Origin: Centroscyllium fabricii
Lineage: Eukaryota
Direction: 5' to 3'
Assembly (NCBI GenBank): GCA_051313645.2
Contig: JBNRSN020000004.1
Location: 46,314,001-46,378,000 of the forward strand
DNA length: 64,000 bases
The translations under genes were made by a program, and so were the position numbers. Within the stretch, counting starts at the first letter, position 1. The number at the start of each line of letters is the position of its first letter. This document shows, piece by piece, positions 39,317-51,523 of this stretch. The notes below the pieces were generated by a model that saw only the letters and a list, made by a program, of their open reading frames with translations, was not told the origin of the DNA and did not search any database.

Positions 39317-39700
39317 ATAGAATCACAGAAGATAGGAGCAGGAGTAGGCCATTCGAGCCTGCTCTGCCATTCAATGAGATCATGGCTGATCATCCAAACC
39401 CAACACCCTGTCCCTGCCCTCTCCCCATATCCCTCTCGAGCCTGCACCGACACATATCTCACCCTATCCCCGTAACCCCACATATTTAATCGCCCTAACA
39501 CTAAGGGTTAATTTATCATGGCCAATCAACCTAACCCGCACATCTTTGGACTATGGGAGGAAACCAGAGCACCCGGAGGAAACCCACGCAGACACGGGGA
39601 GAATGTGCAAACTCCACACAGATAGTACCCGAGGCTGGATTTGAACCCGGGTCTCCAGTGCTGTGAGGCAACAGTGCTAACCACTATGCCACCGTGCCGC
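39317..39700 (-). mobile_element. HE1-like V-SINE, long tail
   Basis: Reverse-complement match to 15852-16252. Confidence 0.9.
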
Positions 39701-40263
39701 TTGTTGGCTTTCAGAAGGCGATTGTGAAAAAATGTCCTAAAATACCTTTCTGGAAATATTCTTGCAGTCCAATGACCATGAACCAACATCAGAATATATT
39801 AATTGATTGATCAAATCAGTTCTACCAGCACTTAATATATATTTATTAGCAAACCTGTTTTCATTTTAAATGTTGCTATTCTGTCAAGCAACCACCATGT
39901 TGCACTATTGTTTCAGGAACCTTGAAATAACTTTACTTCTAATTTTAGGAACCATAATTCAAATGACAATGGAAACATTCAGTATTATTACTTGGACATT
40001 TAGTGATTGAGGAAGTTGCAAAATAGGGTTGCTATGTAGGGGCCACCATCGTTATAGCAGACAATGCAACATAGTGAAGTGATCATTTTTACCATAATTT
40101 GATTTTCCGTCAAAAACCCAGGTTTGTTTTAATCAATCACAGAGGCAGAGACAAAAACAGATCAACTTACTAGAAAATAAGTGTAACTAAAAATTCCAGA
40201 AAAAGTTTGTAGAAGGTACAAGCCTCAATAAGAACAATGATGCAATACATTTATATTCCTTTT

Positions 40264-40268
<5 letters not shown>

Positions 40269-40314
<46 letters not shown>
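40269..40314. repeat. (TA)n microsatellite
   Basis: Perfect TA run ~45 bp into the intron after the ARHGAP12 donor. Confidence 0.97.
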
Positions 40315-40317
<3 letters not shown>

Positions 40318-40360
40318 CAAAATTACCATAATCTTCTATGCAGTAATATGGAATTCCTAC

Positions 40361-41086
40361 CTGCAACTGTTCTGTGGAACTGCTACTATGTTCATCTCCA
40401 GATTCAGAGTCTTGATGCTGCCTTTCTGAACTCTCTGGAACCCATTCACCTGAATGTTCAAGAACCAAGTTCTTAATTTTCTCTACATCCAGGGGTTCAA
40501 AATCCTGTGGCTGTCCTGGGGTGCGGTTCGGACTTGCAACTTTTAAATACTGTGATTCACTCTCTCCAGGTCCTTGAATCTGGTTACTAGCTTTGGCACC
40601 ACTTTGGACTCCAGAATGCAACTGGACCATCCCTTGAACACAAGCCTTGTCCTGGTTCTGTGTTTGGCTTGTGGTCTGGTTCTGTGCAGAAGTCTGGGCT
40701 TGCGACTGTCCCATAGAGGATTTGAGAGAGCTGGAGTAATCTAGTGGTTTGGATAGATTTTCAGTGGACACCTGCAGTAGCTTGGCATCTGCATTTAAAC
40801 TAGCAGATTTGATTTTAACAGAACTGGGTACATGTTTCACTGGTGGCATTAATGCCTTCCGAGGTAGTTCTTTAACATACTGTGCTGGAAGATAAAAAGG
40901 TTTTGAGCTATCTTCCTTCTTAACCTGCCACCAATCACTATTTGTCTTCTTCAACAAAACATACCTTTCGCCTTGCTTTATTGAAATCTTTCTATCTTTT
41001 GCCTCGTACTCATAATCATACTCCACCTCAATATAGACCTGTCCTGGAACAATAGGTACATCTGGTTTTCCGTCTTTCTCTGCCAT
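40361..41086 (-). CDS. ARHGAP12: Rho GTPase-activating protein 12, first coding exon (N-terminal SH3 domain); exon spans 41153-40361
   Basis: PGQVYIEVEYDYEYEAKDRKISIKQGERYVLLKKTNSDWWQVK..FYLPAQYVKE..RKALMPPVK and HQDSESGDEHSSSSTEQ match my recollection of vertebrate ARHGAP12; acceptor CCCCATCTTTAG, ATG at 41086 (GAGATGG), donor CAG|GTAGGA, phase 0. Confidence 0.95.
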
Positions 41087-41650
41087 CTCAAAGAAACTAT
41101 TGTTCACCTTTTGAAGCTGGCAGTAATCCACATGATTTGTTCCCAATGTTTCACTAAAGATGGGGAAAACACACACACATTAGTAAATATTCCTTGTCTA
41201 TCCATAATATGAAGATCATTGTAGAACTCAGATATCATTGTAAATCTTTATTGCAAGCCTATATCACTGTATATTTTTGCAATTTTTAGATGACTTAAAA
41301 CCAATGAACTTGCACATCACAGTTTTCTTATACAATCTTAAAATTACTGCTTTAGTCAGAATTAAATCTAATCTGAATTACTGTCGGCTCCTTTAATTAA
41401 ATCATTTCCACTACAACAAATTTCCACCACATAATAATCAACTGATATACATGCAACTCAAACAGATTATCGAGACAGATTTAGAAAACAAAGCAAGATG
41501 AGAATAAAGGTAATTTCAGCAGAAAAGCAACACATTATAAAAAATTAGACAATGCTAAAAGTCAGATTATTGAGTTGTCAAAAACATAACAGCAACACAA
41601 AGAAAAGCTGCAGGGTGAATGGAGGACAACAATTAAATAAAATTGCAGTA

Positions 41651-43015
41651 CTGGTTGAGCACCGTTAATTCGGCACGGGCAGGACTAGGCCTGCGCCGGT
41701 ATACCGAAAAAAACGAAAGAATGAAGCCGGCCAGTGCACACCATTCAAAATGGCCGCGCGCATGCACATAACATTGGAAATGGTAGCCGCAAAGTTTTGA
41801 AGAATTCGAAACTCATGAACTTTTTTTTAATTAAAAATGAGGCACACCACTTTTTAATCAAATGCCCAGTTCCTTCCTCTCTCCCCGCGACTGAGCGGAG
41901 ATTTCTAACCGAGCGGGACCGAAGTCCATGGAATCGGTGCAAAGCCCAGACCCGGGACAGAGAGCCGGCACAAAGTACAGCAGCAAACTGGCCGCCACAC
42001 ATGGGTGGCGGGGCTGCACCCAGTTAGTCGGCCGGCAGTGAAGAGCTTGCGGCGGGTTTGCAGGTACCCAGGACATTTGAAGCCAGGCGGCGCCGCGCGA
42101 TCCCTTTAAAGAGAAAAGGTTTTGAAAAAAGGTCATCGACTTGAAACGTTAACTCTGTTTCTCTCTCCGCCGATGCTGCCTGGCCTGCTGAGTTTCTCCA
42201 GTGTTTTCTGTTGTTATTCCCTTTAAAGAGAAGCCGGGCTCAAGGGCGCGCCCGAGGAGCCCATTCCAGCCCAGGCCGCCAGTCCAGCGGCTCCGTCTCC
42301 TTATTCGTAAAACTCTCCGCCCTCTTATTGACGGCCTTTACCTTTCCGCGCTCTTCTCGGAGCCGTGGCAGTCGCTGCAAGCGGGGCAGCTGGCCAGCGG
42401 CGCAGGGCCGCTGCTGCGAGTCCGCCATCGCCTTCAGACCGAGCAGAGCGAGTGTTCAACAGACACTCGAGAGCTGCGAGTCCTAAAGAAATGTTAAATA
42501 ACAACAGAAATCGCTGGAGAAACTCAGCAGGCCCGGCAGCATCGGTGGAGAGAGGCGCAGAGTTGACCTTTCTTCAAAACTAGAGAAGCCGGGAGGGGAG
42601 ATAGATTTTAAAGCTTGTGGGGGAATGTTTATGGAAGTGATAGCTGCAGCCGCGGAGCTTCTCACTCCTCGCACACAGAGGGAGCAGGCCTTTTCATCCA
42701 CAATGTCGGCGCAGAAAACATTTCACACCCGCATTATTATCCCACCGGCTTTAGCCCAGCTTTTACAAGGAAGCCGCTCTGTGTCCGCACCGCCAGCCGC
42801 TCAGCGCCATCTTCCTCACCCACCCACCCGCAGCATTCTGGGAGTACAGGCACCACTTCTCTTCCGGCAGCCGTTTTGAATGATCTGCGCATATCATTCG
42901 CCGAAGCATCGATCGCGGCAGCCATTTTGCGCATACGCAGGACAGTCGGTGCAATTTGTTCCGGAAGACTGAAGCTGCCGGCTTATCGGGTAACGGATTA
43001 ACGGTGCACAACCTG
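41651..43015 (-). mobile_element. Long (1365-bp) relative of the Tigger MITE with extra GC-rich internal sequence and two Penelope fragments
   Basis: TA|CTGGTTGAGCACCGTTAA...TTAACGGTGCACAACCTG|TA; both terminal ~120-150 bp align with the reversed short MITE. Confidence 0.85.
42116..42217 (+). mobile_element. Penelope P2 tail fragment with mutated hammerhead core
   Basis: 15-bp TSD TCCCTTTAAAGAGAA (42101-42115 and 42218-42232); an opposite-orientation P2 fragment lies at ~42495-42625. Confidence 0.85.
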
Positions 43016-43230
43016 TATTCAGAAACAAAACAGCTTCTGAAAAGAATTACAAAAACTAAAGCTACTGAAGGCAGAATTCTAAAAAAAAATATGCATAGAC
43101 TTCCCAAGCTAAGTACAACAGGGTTAAGATTTTCAGGTGCTATAGCAATATCTATAAAATAGCAGATCTCACTTGACATTGCTCACTGTAAATCAGATAA
43201 AACACCATTCTAGAAGTGCAGGAGTCTTTA

Positions 43231-43690
43231 TCTTCTTCTTAGGCAGTCCCTCGGAATCGAGGATGGCTTACTTCCACATTAAAAATGAGTTTGCAGGTGA
43301 CTGATGAGTCCAACGCAGGACCTACAGTCTCTGTCACAGGTGGGGCAGATGGTGGTTGAAGGGGCGGGTGGGTGGGGTGCTTGGGTTGATGTGCGCTCCT
43401 TGCGCTTGGCTTCCACTTACTCCCGGTGAAGAGACTCGAGGTGTTCGCCGCCTTCCCGGATGCTTCTCCTCCACTTTGTGTGGTCTTGGGCCAGGGATTC
43501 CCAGGTGTCGGTGGGGATGTTACACTTTTTCAAGGAGGCTTTGAGGGTGTCCTTGAAGTGTTTCCTCTGCCCACCTGGGGCTCTCTTGCCGTGCCGGAGC
43601 TCCGAGTAGAGCGCTTGTTTTGGGAGTCTCGTATCGGGCATGCGGACAATGTGACCCGTCCATCGGAGCTGATCGAGCGCGGTCAAAGCT
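43231..43690 (-). mobile_element. RTE-clade (BovB-like) LINE 3' fragment
   Basis: QLRWTGHIVRMPDTRLPKQALYSEL..GKRAPGGQRKHFKDTLK; tail GAGGGACTGCCT(AAG)n. Confidence 0.9.
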
Positions 43691-43863
43691 TGTGAGGAGT
43701 GTGATGCTGTGTAATAAACAACACAGTCTATTCCACTTACTTCAAAGTCACTTCATCCAAATATGATAATTCAAACGCTAGCATGGACTGGTTGGGCCGA
43801 ATGGCCTGTTTCTGTGCTGTATATTCTATCTAATGCTATGTAAAGAACTACTAACTTTTATCA

Positions 43864-43932
43864 CGATAGCAAAATACTGCGGATGCTGGAAAACGGAAAT
43901 AACAACAGAAACTTTTTCCAGCGTTTTGTTAT
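43864..43932 (-). mobile_element. Very short Penelope P2 end with inverted piece
   Basis: 15-bp TSD TACTAACTTTTATCA (43849-43863 and 43933-43947). Confidence 0.75.
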
Positions 43933-43959
43933 TACTAACTTTTATCATGTGCTTATAAG

Positions 43960-46010
43960 AAACAGAGAAGATAGGAGCAGGAGTAGGCCATTCGGCCCCT
44001 CGAGCCTGCTCCGCCATTTAATGAGATCATGGATGATCATGCAAATTCAGTACCCTGTCCCTGCTTTCTCCCCATATCCCTTGATCCCTTTAGCCTCAAG
44101 AAATATATCTAACTCCTTCTTGAATATATTTAATAAATTGGCCTCAACTACATTCTGTGGTAGAGAATTTCACAGGTTCACCACTCTCTGGGTGAAGAAA
44201 TTGCTCCTCATCTCAGTCCTAAATGGCTTACCCCTTATCCTTAGACTGTGACCCCTGATTCTGGACTCCCCCGCCTTCGGGAACATCCTTCCTGCATGTA
44301 GTCTGTCTAGTCCTGTTAGAATTTTATAAGTTTCAATGAGATCCCCTCTCATTCTTCTAAACTCCAGCGAACATAAGCCTAATTGACCCAATCCCTCTTC
44401 ATACGTCATTCCTGCCATCCCAGATATCAGTCTGGTTAATCTCCTCTGCACTCCCTCCATGGCAAGAACATCCTTCCTCAGATAAGGTGACCAAAACTGC
44501 ACACAATACTCAAGGTGTGGTCTCACCAAGGCCCTGTACAACTGCAGCAAGACATCCTTGCTCCTGTACTCTAATCCTCTCGCTATGAAGGCCAACATAC
44601 CATTTGCCTTCTTAACCGCCTGCTGCACCTGCGTGCTTACCTTCAGCGACTGGTGCACAAGGACACCCAGGTCTTGTTGCACTTCCCCTTCTCCCAATCT
44701 ATCGCCGTTCAGATAATAATCTGTCTTCCTGTTTTTGCCACCAAAGTGGATAACCTCGCATTTATCCACATTATATTGCATCTGCCATGCCTCTGCCCAA
44801 TCACTCAATCTGTCCAAATCATCTGCATCCTCCTCACAGCACACACGCCCACCCAGCTTTGTGCTGTCTGCAAACTTGGAGATATTACATCTAGTTCCCT
44901 CGTCTAGATCATTAATATATAGTGAATAGCTGGGGTCCTAGCACCGATCCCTGCCGTACCCCACTAGTCACTGCCTGCCACTCAGAAAAAGACCTGTTTA
45001 TTCCAACTCTTTGCTTCCTGTCTGCCAACCAGTTCTCTATCCAAGTCAGTATTTTACCCCCAATCCCATGTGCTTTAAACTTTGCACGCTAATCTCTTAT
45101 GCGGGACCTCATCGAAAGCCTTCTAAAAGTCCAAATACACCACATTCACTGGTCCTCCCTGATCTATTCTACCAGTTACATCCTCAAAAAATTTCAGTAG
45201 ATTAGTCAAGCATGATTTACCTTTTGTAAATCCATGTTGACTTTGTCCGATCCTGTCACTGATTTCCAAGTGCTCTGCTATTACAGCTTTTATAATCGAC
45301 TCTAGCATTTTCCCCACTACTGATGTCAGGCTTACCAGTCTATAATTCCCTGTTTGCTCTCTACCAACTTTTTAAAATAGTGGGGTTACATTGTGGAAGC
45401 TACAACATTGAATAAATCTAAAACAGACATAGACAATTTCCTAGAAGTAAAGGGAATTTGGGGTTACGGTGAGCGGGCAGGTAAGTGGACGTGACGCTAG
45501 GTTCAGATCGGCCATGTGATCTCCTGGACGAGTTTCGATCGCCTAGATGGGTCGGAGAGGAATTTTCCAGATTTTTTCTCCCAAATTGGCCAATGGGTTT
45601 TTTATCTGGTATTTCGCCTCTCCCGGGAGATCACATGGGTTCAGGCGGGATGGAGAGTGAAAGTTGATTTGAGGTTCGGATCAGGTCAGCCATGATCTTG
45701 TTGAATGGCGGAGCAGGCTCGAGGGGCTGATTGGCCGACTCCTGCTCCTATTTCCTATGTTCTTACATCAGCTACCCTCCAATCCATGGGAACTATTCCA
45801 GAGTCTATAGGATTTTGGAAAATAACCAGCAATGCATTTACTATTTCTAAGGCCACTTCCTTAAGTACCCTAGGATGTAGATTATCAGGCCCTGGGGATT
45901 TATCGGCCTTCAATCCCGTCAATTTTTCTAACACCATTTCCCTACAAATATTGATTTCATTCAATTCCCCCCTCTCCTTAGACCCTATTTTCCCCGAAAT
46001 CTCTGGAAAT
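43960..46010 (-). mobile_element. CR1 family C fragment containing an opposite-orientation CR1 3' tail (~45393-45762)
   Basis: ORF 44170-44844 (RT C-terminus), IGQSQHGFTKGKSCLTNL and KSPGPD; inner insert flanked by TTACAT. Confidence 0.9.
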
Positions 46011-46657
46011 CGGGGTATAACATCTCAGGATTCCAACGACTTTATAAACCACTCATGGTTTATGTCTTGAGCTTTTTAAATTGGTTACGGTCTTACATAT
46101 AGTCTATATAACTTTATAATATTTACAGGTTACAGTTCCAGCTCGGTATTTGAGGGTTCTGCTCGTTAGACACAAGCTGTGTGGAGGTTGTCCAAATTAA
46201 ATTTAGGGAACCATTGCAAAACTGCCTTTGGTTTTGCACCAGCTGCAGTATAACTGCACCAGTCAAATGAAGTTTAAAAAGTTACTGAGCAGTCTGTACA
46301 AATAATTGTGCGCATAACTCTACATTTCCTAGTCAGAAAGCAATGCAGAACCAGCATTAGAGCTTAGGTCTACCAACCACATCATGATAAATAACAGCAG
46401 TTGCGCCTTTTACTAGGGAGCACTCTGGCCTTGGAGTCAGAAGGTTGTTGGTTCAAGCCCCACTCCAGAGGCATGAGCACATACTCCAGGCTGACATTTC
46501 AATGCAGAACTGAGAGAGTGTTGCACTGTCGTAAGTGTCATATTTGGAATGAGATGTTAAACAGAGGTCTGCGTTCTCAAGTGAATGTAAAAGATCCCAT
46601 GGCACTATTCAAAGAGCGGGGGCGTTCTCTCCGGTGTCCTTGCGGAGTCTTATATAG

Positions 46658-47054
46658 CAGTGGTCCCCAACCGCCGGTCCGCGGACCGGTGCCGGTCTGC
46701 GGGACAGTTTTACCGGTCCGCGGCAGGGTCTGTGAATCGGCGCATGCGCAGATCAATTGCCGACGGTCCGCGGCATGGTCTGTGAATCGGCGCATGCGCC
46801 GATCATTCGGCGACGGTCCGCGGCAGGTTCTGTGAATCGGCGCATGCGCAGATCAATTGCCGACGGGCCGCGGCAGGGTCTGTGAATCGGCGTATGCGCC
46901 GCTCATTCGCCGACGGAAGACGTTTAACGAGGCACAGACGGAAGACAGCACCCCCGCCGGTCAGTCAAAAAAACTCCACCAGCCCCCCGTCCGTCCGTGA
47001 AAAAATTGACAAGCCCAAAATGGGCCGCGGTCTCAAAAAGGTTGGGGACCCCTG
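46658..47054. mobile_element. hAT (Charlie-like) MITE
   Basis: 8-bp TSD TTATATAG; TIRs CAGTGGTCCCCAACC / GGTTGGGGACCCCTG; four ~50-bp internal tandem units. Confidence 0.93.
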
Positions 47055-47062
47055 TTATATAG

Positions 47063-47690
47063 GATTTACAGCACAGAAACAGGCCATCCGGCCCAACAGG
47101 TCCATGCCGATGTTTATGCTCCACATGAGCCTCCTCTGACCCTTCTTCAACTAATCATCAACATATCCCTCTATTCCTTTCTCCCTCATGCGTTTGTCTA
47201 GCTTCCCCTTAAATGTATCTATGCTAATCGCCTCAACTACTCCATGAAGTAGTGAGTTCCACATTCTAACCACTCTCTGGGTAAAGAAGTTTCTCCTGAA
47301 TTTCCTACTGGATTTAGTGACTCTCATACTTATGTCCCCCAGGTCTGGTCTCTCCCGCATGTGGAAACATCTTCTCTACGTCTACCCTATCAAATCCTTT
47401 CATAATCTTAAAGACCTCTATCAGATGATTGCTCTGTCTTCTCTTTTCTAGAGAAAAGCACCCCAGCCTGTTCAATCTTTCCTGATGGGTATCACTCCAG
47501 TAAATCTTTTCTGCACTTTCTCCAGTGTCTCTATTTCCTTTTTATGATAGAGACCAGAACTGTTCACAATACTCCAAGTGTGGTCTAACCAAGGTTCTAT
47601 ACAAGTTTAAAGTAACATCTCTGCTTTTCAATTCTATCCCTCTCAAAATTAACCCCAGTACTCTGTTTGCTACTTTTAATGATTTGTGTA
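47063..47690 (-). mobile_element. CR1 3' fragment
   Basis: FRRNFFTQRVVRMWNSL peptide and a CR1 tail. Confidence 0.8.
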
Positions 47691-47804
47691 TCAGTGTCCT
47701 GGTCAATATTTCTCTCTCAACCTACATTACTAAAACCGATTATCTGGTCATTCATTATCGCATTGCTGTTTGTGGCAACTTGCTGTGTGCAAATTGGCTG
47801 CACT

Positions 47805-49400
47805 CTTTTGTTGGAGATGGTCATTGCCTGGCACTTGTGGTGCGAATATTGCTGGTCACTTATCAGCCAAAGCCTGGATGTTGTCCAGACCTTGCTGCAT
47901 GCGGGCAGAGACTCCTTTGTTATCTGAGGAATTACGAATGGAATTGAACATTGTGCAGTCGTCAGTGAACATGCCCACTTCTGACCTTATGATGGCGGGA
48001 AGATCATTGATGAAGCAGTTGAAAACAGTTGGGCCCAGGACACTGCCCTGAGGAATCTTTGCAGCAATGTCCTGGGGCAGACATGATTGACTTCAACAAT
48101 CACAACCATCTTCCTTTGTGCTGGTATGACTCCAGCCAGTGAAGAGTTTCCCCCCCACCCCCCAATCTCAATTGATTTTTACTCGGGCTCCTTGATGCCA
48201 GACTCGGTCAAATGCTGCCTTGATGTCAAGGGCAGTCACCTCACCTCACCTCTGGAATTCAGCTCTTTGTCCATGTTTGGACCAAGGCTCTAATGAGGTC
48301 GGCAGCCAAGTGGCCCTGGCAGAACCCAAACTGGGTATCGGTTAGCAGGTTATTGGTGAATAACTGCTGCTCAACAGCACTGTCGATGACACCTTCCATT
48401 CACTTTGCTGATGAGAGTAGGCTGATGGAACAGTAATTGGCCAGATTAGATTTGTCCTGCTTTTTGTGGACAGGACATACCTGGGCAATTTTCCACTTTG
48501 TTGGGTAGATGCCAGTGATTTAGCTGTACTGGAACAGCTTGGCTAGAGGCACAGCTAGTTCTGGAGCACACGTCTTCAGCACTACAGCCAGGATATTGTT
48601 GGGGCCCACAGCCTTTGCCGTATCCAGTACGCTCAGTCGTTTCTTGATATCATGTGGAGTGAATCGAATTGGCTGAAGAATGGCATCTGTGATTGTGGGG
48701 ACCTCAGGAGGAGACCAATATGGATCATCCACGCGGCATTTCTGGCTGAAGATGGTTGCAAATGCTTCAGTCTTGTCTTTTGCACTCACGTGCTGGGCTC
48801 TGCCATCATTGAGGATAGGGGTATTCATGGAGCCTCCTCCCCCCCCCCCCCATTAGTTGTTTAATGGTCCACCACCATTCACGACTGGATGCGGCAGGAC
48901 TAGAGCTTTGATCTGATCCCTTGATTGTGGGATCGCTTAGCCCTGTCTTTAGCATGCTGCCTCCGCTTTTTAGCATGCATGTAGTCCTGTGTTGCAGCCT
49001 CCCCAGGTTGACACCTCATTTTTAGGTACACCTGGTGCTGCTCCTGGCATGCTCTTCTACACTCCTTATTGAACCAGAGTTGGTCCCCTGGCCTGATGGT
49101 AATGGTTGAGTGAAGGATATGAGGTTACAGACTGTGGTGTAATACAATTCTGATGCTGCTGATGGCCCACAGCGCCTCATGGATGCCCAGTTTTGAGCTG
49201 CTAGATCTGTTCTGAATCTATCCCATTTAGCACGGTGGTAGTGCCACACAACACGATGGAGGATGTTCTCAGTGTGAAGATGGGACTTCGTCTCCACAAT
49301 GACTGCGATGGTCACTGCTACCAATACCGTCATGGACAGATGAAGCTGCGACCGATAGATTGGTGAGGATGAGGTCAAGTAAGTTTTTCCCCTCGTGTTT
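47805..49400 (-). mobile_element. Family A LINE internal fragment
   Basis: KAVGPNNI..VLKTCAPELAVPLAKLFQYS; collinear with 400-2640. Confidence 0.88.
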
Positions 49401-49959
49401 GTTAAATTATCAGAAGCTTTCCTTAATTCAATCTAAAAACAGTTCATATTTCCGGTCTACAAAGAGATCATTTAGTGTGTATCAAACATCTTTAGAAATA
49501 TGGTTTAAGACAGGAGCAGACACGGCTTCAACGATAAACCTACAAAGTAAAAATCGTTTAGTTGCAGCTCTGTCATGTTGTAACTTGCCAACCATTCATT
49601 CCTGATCAGTAAAACATTTCTAGATGTTTTAGTCAGACGAGGTTTTTAAAACCAATATATAAATTAGTGTGTGTATATAGGACACAAACACACAGTAACT
49701 CAATTCAACATTGCACGGTATTAACTGTGGTACATCTTTCATGCGATCAGTAATTTCTATAATAAATAGTGTCAGGACAATGCACAAAAGCGAAGAAAAA
49801 CCCTTCAGCTTTGGTGATGAAATAATAAATGAGGCAGAGAAAGATGAGCATGCATTTGAGAAATATCTGAAAGTTTTTGAACTCCTCTTCCCTCCCTTTA
49901 GATATAAAACATTTAAACGCAATAACCATCACATTGAAACCTGACTCCCAGAGTCAGAG

Positions 49960-50750
49960 TGCGTGCGTGTGTGGGGGGGGGGGGGGTACGTGTACAGGTT
50001 CTGGGGGGGGGGGGGGGGTGGGAAGGGTGTGCTTGGGGGGGGGGCGCGTGGGGGGGGGTACACGTGGGGGGTCGTGCACGGGAGTGGACGGGCATGTGGG
50101 GGATGGGGGGGTTGTCATGTGGGGGTGGGGTGGAAGTGTGTGTGTGGAGGACTGAGGGGGGTGGGGAATTGTGTGGGGGTTTTCCATGTGGGGGTGGGGT
50201 GGGAGTGTGTGTGTGGCAGGGTTAGGGGGTCAGGGTGTGTGGTGGGAGTGGGGGTGGTGGGTGTGTGTGCACGTGGGCAGAGGGGTTAGGGGGTCATTGT
50301 TTGGGGGGTGATGGAGGTGTGTGTGGGGCTGGTGTGGCGGTGTTTGGGTGTGTGTGGAGGGGTTAGGGGGTCGTTGTTGGGGGTGGGGGTGTGGTGGGAG
50401 TGGGGTGGCTGTGTTTGGGTGTGTGTGTGTGGTGGGCGTGGGAGTGGTGTGGCGGTGTTTGGGGGCGGGGGTGTGTGGAGGGGTCAAGTGGTCGTTGTTT
50501 GGGGGGGTGGAGGGGTCAAGTGGTCGTTTTTTGAGGGGGGGTGCTGGTGGTGTGTGCTGGGGGGTGGTGTGGCGGTGTTTGGGGGGGGGGGTGTGGAGGG
50601 GTCAAGTGGTCGTTGTTTGGGGGGGGTGCTGGTGGTGTGTGGTGGGCGTGGGGGTGGTGTGGCGGTGTTTGGGGGGGGTGGTGTGTGTGGAGGGGTCAAG
50701 TGGTCGTTGTTTGGGGGGGGGGGTGCTGGTGGTGTGTGCTGGGGGGGTTC
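49960..50750. repeat. G/GT-rich low-complexity tract with degenerate minisatellite
   Basis: Many G4-G14 runs; recurring GGTGTGGCGGTGTTTGGGG..GGAGGGGTCAAGTGGTCGTTGTTT unit. Confidence 0.9.
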
Positions 50751-51032
50751 AATGCGCGCCAGCCTGAGTCGGTGCGATTATTGATCTCTGTATGGTTATT
50801 ATATAATGTATTATTTATGAAGGGGGCGGGCGGAAGGCGCTGAATCAATCTCAGGTTTCCTTGCGGTTGCCGCTTCCTCCGTGGTTTTAACCAAGGCCCC
50901 GGTCTCGGCCTCCCCGCCCACATATACACACACCACGGGGGGGGGAAGGGGAGGCCGTCAGTTTATGCTTTATACACATTAGATGATTATGGAGAGGGAA
51001 ACACAAACCAGAGAGAGAAACTTTTCACTCAC

Positions 51033-51260
51033 GGTCACTTTACTCAGCAAAAGTTTGAGCAATAAATAAAACAGCCATCACGCACCTGCTCCGGAGGGTG
51101 GCCGCGGGAGGAGGTTTAATTTCCCGGCGAGCTGCTTCAATATCCGTCAGTTGACGGCTCCCCCGCAGATTTGATTTTCTATTATTTTCTAATCCCTCCT
51201 CACCCGCCTTCCGGCGTCGAACAAACAAGATTTCGCCTCGTTTCCACTCGGTGACGTTTG
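51033..51260 (-). other. ARHGAP12: Probable non-coding first exon of ARHGAP12; 5' boundary approximate
   Basis: Donor ACC|GTGAGT (intron starts 51032) at the edge of a CpG island ~10 kb upstream of the first coding exon. Confidence 0.55.
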
Positions 51261-51500
51261 GGGGGCGCGCGCGCTCCCGCCGCCACCCTCCTTCTGCTGT
51301 CCCGCCGACGTGCGCATGCGTCCCCACTTGTCCTCCTGCTCCAACAAACCACCCCCCACCCCCGGGACGCGCATGCGCTCCCTTTTCTGCACCCACTTTC
51401 TCGCGGGATGCGCGTGCGCGTGGCCCAGGCGGTTGCCTGGCAGCGACACCTGGCGGCTGCAGCAGGAAGGTAGGGCGCTGGGAAGCTGCGAGCCACCGAC
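51080..51500. promoter_or_regulatory. CpG-island promoter, probably of ARHGAP12
   Basis: CpG-dense non-repeat DNA with NRF1-type TGCGCATGCG (51311) and GCGCATGCGC (51369), ETS CTTCCGG (~51208), TGACGT (51252) and GC boxes. Confidence 0.7.
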
Positions 51501-51523
51501 TTTTTTTTGCTCTCACCACAAAA

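Larger units (their letters stand above)
46410..47800 (+). mobile_element. DeuSINE (SacSINE1/AmnSINE1-like), split by a CR1 3' fragment and a hAT MITE
   Basis: B box GGTTCAAGCCC, Deu-like TAAAAGATCCCATGGCACTATT, resumes CCTGGTCAATATTT...GCAAATTGGCTGC; GTGTCCT duplicated around the insert. Confidence 0.75.

Noticed and set aside
40268-40360. C-terminal VGIPYY...IYIYIYI of the 302-aa ORF
   Set aside because: Intron read-through past the GT donor into the (TA)n repeat
1-40360. Search for the next ARHGAP12 exon (DSPVYANL / first WW domain)
   Set aside because: Not recognised in the ORF track or by eye; probably outside the window, although a short exon could have been missed
46729-46920. Regular ~50-bp repeats, superficially CRISPR-like
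   Set aside because: No unique spacers, no cas genes, eukaryotic context; a minisatellite inside a hAT MITE
49400-49950. Short ORFs in unique DNA of the presumed first intron
   Set aside because: No recognisable domain or convincing splice-site pair
49877-50929. Gly/Val- and Pro/Thr/His-rich ORFs
   Set aside because: Artefacts of the G/GT low-complexity tract
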